Shown: positions 54,530 through 64,000 of the stretch, one piece after another
Layout: every line of letters begins with the position of its first letter
Position numbering within the stretch: position 1 is the first letter of the stretch
DNA from: Monocercomonoides exilis PA203
Taxonomy: Eukaryota; Protista; Preaxostyla
DNA length: 64,000 bases
NCBI GenBank assembly: GCA_001643675.2
Contig: LSRY02000047.1
Coordinates: 620,001 to 684,000 of the forward strand
Reading direction: 5' to 3'
Program-made: the position numbers and the translations under genes
Notes under the pieces: generated by a model
The model's input: the letters and a program-made list of their open reading frames with translations, nothing else
Told to the model about the DNA's origin: nothing
Database searches by the model: none

Positions 54530-54776
54530 AATATTGAATATTTTACTTATGTTCCATAAGAAAGCCCACCCTGGGAGGCTGATTCTGGACCCAAAGCCTT
54601 CAAGTGGCTGTATTGGACCGGTCACAATACAGCCACAGGATGGAATCAGCCTAGCCTCAAATCTTTAACTATTCAAGAAAAAATTTGAGGTACCTTGAAA
54701 GTTTAGCCTTTCGGTTGACATTCAAGGCTTGAGCAGCAGGCTTTTCATACGGAACATAAGTCAAAAGTTCAATATT
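54530..54776. ncRNA. Candidate structured RNA (or fold-back DNA element), ~247 nt, long closing stem plus three arms
   Basis: Nested complementary segments: 54530-54538/54768-54776, 54545-54555/54751-54761, 54561-54566/54739-54744, 54576-54585/54643-54652, 54604-54615/54625-54636, 54655-54662/54683-54690, 54693-54699/54721-54727. GC-enriched island in very AT-rich DNA. Confidence 0.6.
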
Positions 54777-54796
54777 GAAAACAAAACAATTTCAAC

Positions 54797-57700
54797 TCAA
54801 AAGGCAGCTTCAATATTATTTAAATCATCACTCTCTAAATAATTACAAAACATTTTTTTCCTATCTTTAAGAATCTTAAAAGTGTATTCGCCCAGTGATA
54901 ATGAGCGACTTTCTCCAGTCGGCCTGTTGAATTTTTTCCTTGTTCTATCATCTCTACTTCTCTCTTCTTTGAAAGTGATTTTCTCGGTTCCTCTCAAATT
55001 TTTTGGTGTGACTATCGATCGAAAAATTTCGTTTCCTCTTTTTTCGTAGAAGAGATATTTCTTCAATGATATAATATTCAATTTTCTCCACAGTATTTTG
55101 TTGGATGGATTGTATCTAATTAATAATAAAAAAAACACACAAAACTGATTTTAAAGATTTAAACTGCTTCAATAACAATCACACTTTAAGAAATATCGAA
55201 AAGTTTCGTTCCTATTTTGGCTTAAGTTTTGATTATTCGCACTCGACAATAATGAATTTGTTTGGAAAAATTCAACTAAATCATCAATGTTGTAAATCAC
55301 TGTTTGATCATCTAAATAATTGTTCATTAACCTCGATAAATATCCAAATTCAGCGTCGCACTCACACTTTCCATGTTTTTCTCCAAAGAAAGAAAGAGTA
55401 GAACGTTTGTTTTTCATTTGAGGAGAAGATTCAGATAAAATAAAATGTAAAACGTTTGAGTTTCTGAAATGTGTCCCTGTGTCACACATAAAGTGATAAT
55501 TCGTTATTTCTTTGAGAATGGGGTTTATTAGGACACTCTGCAAACACTCAATCGTAAACCTGTAATCATGAGATAAATTATTTGAGTAATAATTGAAAAT
55601 ATGTTTTTCAACTTTCTTTTTTGATCCACGTTTGTAAACGATTATACAAAGATGTGATATTTCCTCCTTTTCATAGAAATCACGACTCACTGAATTCCGT
55701 CTTATTGGAGCTATCCAGTTTTCTTTGAAATCGAATAATATGAGCGCTTCTCCATTAGTCAGATTCTGCTTCATGAATCGAAAATGTGTTTGCTGATGAT
55801 GAGCAATTATCTTGTGGTTATGAATCAACTCCATTGTTTCCACATCTCTTTTATCCAAAGATTTTCCAAGTGATTTCAAAGTTTCCTTTTTTTTGACCAG
55901 TGATTCATATTTTTCACACAGATCGCATAAATCAGTTCTTCTTTTTGCTCGTTTCAGATGTGCTGTTCGTTTATAAAATGTACTAGCAGACATTTTTATG
56001 TTCAGTAATTTGAATTTTTCATATAATTTTATCTTAGGGATGTTGATGAGCCTTGTTTGAGGTCTAGTGTTGGCTGTATCATTGCCATTGCACGATGTGA
56101 AAAAAGAGGATTGGTTAAATTGTTGTTCTTCAGAATAGACATGAGAAAATGAATGTGAATGACTTGTTTGAAATGAAATGTTATTGTTGTAAAATCTTTC
56201 AGAAGATGATGAATTTCCAGCCTCTTCTCCTTGATTATTTTCCGATATGTGAAGCTGAATTGGATGTTGACACTGAAGTGAGCTTCGAGGAATAAGTGAT
56301 GATTGTGAAGGAACAGATAATGTTGAATTATTTGTGATATCAGATGGAAAGTGTTTTTGTTTGTTGTTTGCAGATGAGGAAGGAATAGCAGTATTTGTAT
56401 TGTGACTGATATTAATTTGCTCAAATGGGGATCCATTGTTTTGATGTGAGTGTGAAATGTTAGAATATTGTGAAGTGTTTGTATCTTCGAAGTGAATATC
56501 TGAAGCGTTAAAATGTTCAGTGGATTTTTCTTTTGCTGTTTTTGAAAAAAACAAATTTGGAGATTCTGGATTATTCACTGCATAATTTTCTCTAAGACTA
56601 ATTTGCATGAAAATTGATAGGAGTGGTCTTGATCCATTTGAAATATGTTTGTTTATTTCTTCATTTATAGGTTTTGAAATTGATGAAATATTTCCATCAT
56701 TGCACAAAATCCATTTTTCTGAATGCCTTGAAAGAGAATCGAATAATGAATCATCAATTCTTCTCAAGCAAAAAAAATGACCATTATCATTGTCACCGTT
56801 GTAGAATTGTTGTCCAATCAGAGTGTAATTGTGAGCGTTTAAATTATGAATGTCACTCAAAACTTGTTTCCCTTGAATGCTAGAGAAACTGATATTTTGA
56901 TGCACGCGCGTGTTTGAATACTGAATGCCACTGGGGATTTCCAATGAAATAAATAAAAATTTTGGAAAGTTCTCGATGTTCAAAAAAGAATCATGATATG
57001 TGTTTTGACTACAAAGCTCACAGTATGCTTCTTTGTTATTTGAATTATCCGAATTCATAATGGATGCATCATTGAAGGCATCAACAATATTGTGACCTTG
57101 CAATCTTATTAACGATGAAATTTCTTTTGGACCTTCAGATCGAATGTTGCATTTTGAACAAATTTTTGGAAAGCTGAATGTTGATTTTATATTATTATTC
57201 AATTTTGGTGTTGTGCTGCATAAATCTTGGCAAAAATCAAAAAACGAAATGTAAAATTCTTGTTGATCATCATGTCTCAAATTATGATTCTTCTCCCATT
57301 TTTTCGCAAATAATTTGTTCCATGATTTTTTAAAATTTGAATTAGATGGGTTCAACTTATCAAAGCTATTATTGACAAGAGAGTTTAACTGTGCATGAAA
57401 TTTATCGATTTTCCCTTTCCGAATATTAAACACTCCTCCATATTTGAAGACAGATCGAAATACTTGAATCAGTGAAGCTAAACAGCATGTATTACCTAAG
57501 TTTGGAAGTGCAAGACTTGTTAACAAAGATTTGTCTTCTGATGTATTTGAAAGTTCAACTTGAGATGATTTTTCTACATCCGAAGTATTCCTTTTATCAG
57601 AGTTGTTTCCAGATAAAACTTGAACTGAATTGTTGTCATTGCTCTCGTCATTAATCATTGAATTGTTTGTCTGTCTCATTGTCAAGGATTCATTTGGATT

Positions 57701-58666
57701 ATCAAATGAAAACCAATCGTTATCAAAATAAGCTTGAGACCGTGTTAAAACTGAATATGTTGAATTGTCATGAAAATCCTCTGTTGAACTTTCGATATCC
57801 ATCTGATTGCTTTCAGAAGTTTGAATACTCGGATTAAAAACAGAACGATCGTTAATTTCACGCGGAGTGATATGATTTTGCGAAAAATAATTTCTAAGGG
57901 GATCGATATCAGGTTCCATGTTCGAATCCCAGTTTAAAATTGCGAAATCATCATCAATAATTTGTGAGGAATCTGAACAATTACGAATAAAAAAAAAAGA
58001 AAAAAAATAAGAAAAATGTGAAAAGAAAACAATAAAAAAAAAATAAAACTTTTTTTGGAAGGAGATATTCGGCATATTGACTCGGAAGATTCTGTAGAAT
58101 TGACAATCAAAAACTGTTCAAATTTTTGTTGATCTTGGGGACTCAGTTCTAAAAAATAATTAATAGAAATTTCAAAAAACAGTTATTAAAAAACAAACTA
58201 GATTTCGAAGGTGGTGTAGGTGGTTTATCCGGAATGGAAATATCAAAAGTCTCTGTTGATCCGGTTTGTTTAGCATGCGTATAATTTCCTAGCGTGCACT
58301 CAAAACCAAGCTCGCGGAGTTGGAAAAAACTATATTCGAAACACACACACTTTAAAATAGCGACTTTCGTGTGCAAGTTTTTTTCTTTATTGTACAGACT
58401 GGCCAGACGAAGAGTTACAAATTTATTTGTATCTGAGAAGAAAAATATAAAATAAACAACAAAGAATTAATTATCAAAGAATTCATCTATAACATACCAT
58501 CAAAAATTCTTTGAATCTTTGTAAAATTTTTCTTACCAAAATTTGTGTGCAAAAACATATGATTCATCAACTCCACAACTTGGTTCGATGATTTTTTATT
58601 CATAAAAGTCCATACACATGAGCATATTTCACTTTTTCGAGAAGGCGAAAGTTCCGAAAACATCAT
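54797..58666 (-). CDS. Sola2-like DDD transposase fused with an internal USP (peptidase C19) domain; 5 exons, ~1202 aa
   Basis: Exons 58666-58498, 58432-58199, 58148-58050, 57972-55185 and 55115-54797 splice GT-AG into one frame. USP: LPNLGNTCCLASLIQ, HDDQQEF, CSKC/CELC, NGHFF, WILCND. Transposase: TDLCDLCEKY..H, ILFDFKENW, FMCDTGTHFRN, FFGEKHGKCECDAEFG. Confidence 0.8.
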
Positions 58667-59188
58667 TGAGAATTTGGTTATTCGGAAAAAAATTCGTCAA
58701 TTTTCAAGAAAGAAAAAATGAAAATTATGGTTCAACTTCCATTATTTTCATTTGAAGTGATCAAATGTGTGATAAATGATGTTTTGATGATATTTAACAG
58801 ATTTTAATTTGAGAGATTATGTATTAATTCGATAACTATTTTATTGTTTTCATTTTCTTTACAGAGTCATCTCAGTTATGAAATAAGTTGCAAAAAACTG
58901 TTACAAGACAGTTCGATTTAAAACTGCTGATAATTGAAAGAAAAGAAGATATTGCTGTAATCTTTTACAAAAGCGGCTGCAAAAAGCTGACATCTTCATT
59001 TGAATTTATTATTATCTATTTTCTGTCAGTTTGAATCATTGTTTTGCCAACTCATAATTCATTTTGATTTTTGGTGAAACTTTTTCAAAATTTTATTTAT
59101 TCCTTCCATCAGCATATTGAACATCATTTATTATTATTCTTTTGAAAAACTTAATAAAGACGCTTCAAAGTTAAAAAAAACAATAATT

Positions 59189-62100
59189 TTATTCCTTCTT
59201 ATTTATTATTATTTTATCTTGTTTTTTTGAAATGATAGAGAAATCATCTTGAATATCTTCAACGAAAATATTGTTTTGTTTGCAATAAAAAGTGAATGAA
59301 AAGGTTTTGAAAGAACAAAACATCAAATGCGAAAAAGAAAACAACACACTTATTCCTTTCACGCAGAACACTTGGCTTATCGTAAATGTCACATAACGTA
59401 CGTCTATCGACAGCACACTTTCCTGCGGAACGACAGCCCCAATCGTAACAAACTCATCAATACACTCCACCTTCTTTCATGTTCCAAAATGCCTCAATTC
59501 CACATCCGGCTCGTAACATCCTTTTTATCTTTTATTCCCGTCCCCTTCTCTCCCTTCGATGCTCTGTTCAAACCAAACCGGCTCAATCAAAAGCTCAACT
59601 CCCATTCTCAGTCCCAATTTCCCTCTCCTCATCCTCCTCAGCTCCATCGCCTTCTCCACACTGTTATCTTTTCCTGCAATCTCCTCGTTCGTTAAATCCA
59701 GCTCATCCATTCTTTTCCTCAAGACTTATTTATATATGCTGCATACGTGGGAAATGCGAAGATGTTCTTCTGAATCAGAACAGAACAGGAGAGCAGCGCG
59801 CTCAGATTCTGCATTTATAATGTTATGTTGTCTGTTTGATTAGACGATAAATTCTCACTAACTTATCGTTTGTTCTTCTGCAGTTAGCTCCTCTATTTGA
59901 GCTTCTCCTTTTCCTTCTTCAACTTCACTTTTCAAGCATTTTGCTCAGAAATATGTTGAGACAAAATAACACATTCTCGATGTGAAATATGTATTTGTTT
60001 GATTCAAAAAACAATTTGAAATTTATCAAAAGCTTATAGAAAAAGAAGATAAAATTGGAAGAATTTGGAAAATAAGATGACTTATTCGAATATAACAACT
60101 CATTTGAAAACAATGGTGGGAATGTCAAAGGATCTATATTTACACTATGCATACTCAAAGAACATCTGTATGTTGTTGGTTGTCATTTCTTTTTCACTTA
60201 AATCTTGTCTTAACAGTGTGAAATAAGCACGTGATGATGGAAAGGTGAAGTCTCCTCCTCCATTCCAATGCCATGTTATTGTATCATGAAACAGCTCCAT
60301 TCTCTTCCCGTTCCACAGGGGCGACCAAAGCAATCGCCCCTTCTACATCGTCCATCCGCAACTGGAGCTCCACCACATTTTCCAGAATCATCGCCAACGG
60401 AAACAGCGCCTGTCTCCTTTTTTCCCAACCTCCAATTGCACAGCCTCCATTCCAAGCTTCAACCGAAACCACACCCAGGCTGAGTTAAGGTCGTCCAGCT
60501 TCTGCATATAGTATTTGCAAACTCACTGTTTTTGGATGAGTTCAGAGGCGCTCACTGGTCTACCACGTTGTATTCATTTGGCTGGTTCAAGTGCATCACG
60601 AAGTTTCTATGTTACAAAGCCTCAAGGAAAAACACTGAAGATAGCGTTCAACATCAAGATATGCAATTTGCATCCCAGAAGATCCGCTGCCACTGCACAA
60701 GAAGTGCCTGGTTACTGCAAGCATGAAAGACTCAACTTTTTCAAACGAGATGCCTGCTCAAGCCACAACAGATAACAATTGCAACACTGGTGAAGATGAA
60801 AACTGTGTATCGCAAGCAAATATGATATCATCCAGCACCTTCCTCACATCTTTATACGTCAATGCTTCTGCTTGGTTATGATTCGCAGAAACAACAGAAA
60901 CGCAAACGCATCAGTCACACACTTCTTTAAGTGCAGCCCTCAAACTCACCGAAAAACATATTGATCTTCTTCAACACTGATCATTCAAGAAACATGATGC
61001 AGAATGAGAAGAACAATAGCTCATCTCCAATAACCTCCTCAAGTGCAGACTTTTCTTATAGCTTAACATCCACAAAGTTTTGCCATAGTCTGCAGTTCGT
61101 TAATAATTCCTTGTCACTCAGTTTAAATCTTCATCTGTTCAGAGAGCTTCTCCCCTGTTCACAGAAACATAAAAGTTCCAAATAAATTTCTCAGAACGTT
61201 AACACCAGCCAACCTAGCACTGTCCTAGTCCAGGATCACTCTCATCTTGTCTGAGTATGTCCATCGGTTCATAGGGATCGTATGCACAAGCAATGTCTAT
61301 ATCTCTGCCTTCAGCAACATCGCAGCCGCTTCATCTGCACAGACGACAACTGCTTATGCAGCTCCAAAGCACACGCCTTGTTTGACCCTCTCGTAACTTT
61401 TTTCTCCTTCCCTTCCAACGAAACTTCACAATTTTCTCTTTCCGCGCTATCCTGCTTCATTCTGCACTTCTCCATCTCGATCAACATACCAAAGGGCTTC
61501 TCCTTCTTCTCCTTCACCGCCAGCTGCTCCTGCACCTTCATCACTTTTGCGCTTCCTTCTCATTCAGCTTTGGAATTGTCTTTTGATCCATCGTGATGAT
61601 CGTGTGCTTCTTCTGAAACTATTTCACCAGCTATCTTTTCATCTCAAATCATTCGCAACAACATCAAGGACAACGAATACCTCTTTATCTCTTGATTAGC
61701 ATCCTCGTATTTTTCTTTTTTATTTTCCTCCTCCTTATTCTTCTCTTGCTGTTGTTGCTTCTGCTTCATCTTCTTCCTCCTGCCATGTCACCAGCTCATT
61801 CATTTCGCACAACAGAACTGATTATCCATCCTCAGTCAAACAGCCTCTATTCCCTTTTTCACAATCTTCCACACTTCTCTCACTGCAACCACTCATCATT
61901 TAAATCGTTGTCCTGCTTCATCATGTGAAATCTCGACTGCCTCGATCGTGACAAAAACAGCATTGCCGCGGGCAAGCGAAGGGATGCATCAACCAGATAG
62001 AAAATTGAAGGGAAATCATTCCCATTGCTATTGAAAAAATACCTATTGATTATTCAATTTGACGGATAACTCCGTTATAATCGAAAAAATCTACTATTTC

Positions 62101-63730
62101 ATCTGAATGTATTGAAAAACTCCCAAAATATTATTTCATTCGTTTGCATGCACCCCAATACAATAGATCACTCTCCTTAAGAATAGAACCAATTTATTAC
62201 TGTCGCTCTCAATGAAATGGCTTGTTTCATTTGAAATAGATTTTATCAAATACAAACATCATAATTATCAGGTTCCACACAACATCATAATTTTAATCTT
62301 CACCAAATCACTAACGCAGCTTTGATCAAAGAATTTGAATTGCAGTCAAAACATAGAAATAAAAATAAACGAGAAATTCCAATTCTTACAATTAAATTAT
62401 TTGGCTTATATATATGTTGATTATCAGTTGCTTTTTTTTGTTTAATTACAAATGTGTTCTTTTCAAATTATTATCGAGCTTTTTTAGATTCATTGAAAGC
62501 GTCAAATGAAGAAAAATTGAAAAAAATGAAGAACTGAATGAGTAGTTTCTTGCTGATCTTTGCGTATGCTATCTTTTGCTTTATAGCATATTTTCTTTAG
62601 AATTGTTTCCATTTTGTATTCGCTGCTTTCTGAAAGCAACATCGTTCAAGGAGAAAAACGAAAAAGTTAAAAAGGAAAAAGAAATGACTTTGTTAACTTT
62701 GAGTTACAAATGCAACTGTGTATGTAATCAACAACTCCATTATTGATATTTTTGAATTTCATTATCATTTTTTATTAGTTATTTGAAAAAGAAATTTGCC
62801 TTTATGAAATCAAAGAGATTATCCAGAATCAACATGAACATCAGAATCTGACATGACTTGCCTTTCTGTCTATTTGGATGTTTTTATCAATAGGATTTAT
62901 TAGTTATAAAGGTTTGGTAGAAAGGATTTCGAATTAACTACATTTCTCAAGAGAAGTCAAGAGAGAATTGGAAGAGAAAAGAAGAGCTGAAGGAGGAAGT
63001 GGAATGATGAAGGTGATGTGCAGATATTTCGATGAAATATTGTTGGATGTGTGAGTGTGGTCTGTGGATGCTGTGTCTTCGATTGCAAAGATGACGGAGC
63101 AAGAATGAAAAGTGTTGGTAGAAAAGGATGTTGACGAGGAGGAAGGGGCACAATAAAAGACAGCGCTTGCGTTTTCGGAATCGCTGAGGAATTGCTTCGG
63201 TCTGGAAGCAGAGGCGCAGGACTTGGCATCCGCCAATTCTTCTGAGCGGTCATCGGATGTACAGAGCAGAATACAGGGGAAGTGGTAGGGGCTGTTTGGG
63301 GCGGGGGGTGCTGTGTGGAGGAGAAGAGGGAAGAGCTGGGGAAGGGAGTGGAGAAGGGGGAAGGGAGGTGTCGGCTTGTGGATGTGAATGTGGTGAGAAA
63401 GAGGAAGAAGGGAGGAGGAGAATGGGTTGTGCCTGTGGTTGTGGTTGAGTGCGTGCATGTGTGTGGAGGGGAGGGTTGGCGGATGGTGCAACGGTGTGTG
63501 TATTGGGGGGAGTGCGGTTCATAGCAGCAGCTTTCGGGCAGCAGTGGGTGCTTTTGGGAGGCTGCGGAAAGGAGGGAGGAAGGAGCATGTCACATGGGAG
63601 GGATGGAGGTGCTGAGAATGGAAGGAGGCGGAGGAGAATACAGCGGTGCTAGGGTGTGTGCTGGAGCTGCAGAGCCAGCTGCGGAAGATGGGAAGCGCGT
63701 CTGCTACTGCGCGTGCCTTCCACTTAGGAT
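59189..63730. pseudogene. Decayed coding-like sequence, probably relics of multicopy gene families
   Basis: Raised GC and protein-like fragments broken by many stops and frameshifts (minus strand 59.2-62.0 kb, plus strand 62.9-63.7 kb); no family identifiable by eye. Confidence 0.35.
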
Positions 63731-64000
63731 GGCCAGAATGAGGATAAATGAACGTGGCATTGCTCATGCACAAGAAGAAGGGAATGCTAGAGCATGTTGA
63801 GAAACTTGCTTTCTGACTCTTGCATGCACACCTTCCTAAATACTTCTTCTCTGGAGTTCCACCAGCCAGTTGTTTTGTTCCAATCATTCGCTGAACGAAG
63901 AGATGGAAAAGTTGAAGTGTCGTTGAGTTCAAATTACGCAGGGAATCACTCTGAGGTTGTCATTTTCAAGGAAAATAATTATAGATATTGTTTTCATTTT

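Noticed and set aside
54530-54776. Identification as SRP RNA, RNase P/MRP, SECIS, telomerase RNA or hammerhead ribozyme
   Set aside because: By eye I found no SRP helix-8 motif, P4 pseudoknot, SECIS GA quartet, telomeric template or CUGANGA/GAAA core; an Rfam scan is still needed.
52730-58870. TIR pair delimiting the USP-transposase element (CTCTGT at 52732 and ACAGAG at 58861)
   Set aside because: Only 6 bp of complementarity, expected by chance.

Overview
AT-rich, intron-containing eukaryotic DNA in the standard genetic code (TAA, TAG and TGA all end recognisable genes). Short introns (often GTTTG/GTATG...AG) and extreme poly-Ser/Glu tracts suggest an anaerobic protist such as the oxymonad Monocercomonoides; this is inference only. 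Housekeeping genes: EAF6, eIF3g, SEC11, MetAP2 and RPS26. Other genes: a giant ARM-like protein with ~1300 aa of ER/K single-alpha-helix repeats, a bacterial-type FHA-GAF-class III cyclase, a P-type ATPase pseudogene and several hypothetical genes. Mobile DNA is abundant: two 248-bp MITE copies, a dead PIF/Harbinger/ISL2EU-type transposase, a degenerate ~2-kb TIR element, and a pogo/Fot1-like DD35D element ending 8 bp upstream of a tRNA-like gene with an apparent TTA anticodon, with a 370-bp-arm fold-back. Top candidate for a new system (54.5-58.7 kb): an apparently intact 5-exon, ~1200-aa Sola2-like DDD transposase with a complete USP (C19) deubiquitinase domain inside it. Twenty nt past its stop lies a GC-enriched ~247-nt multi-branched structured element. 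All family assignments come from motif recognition by eye; no database search was run.
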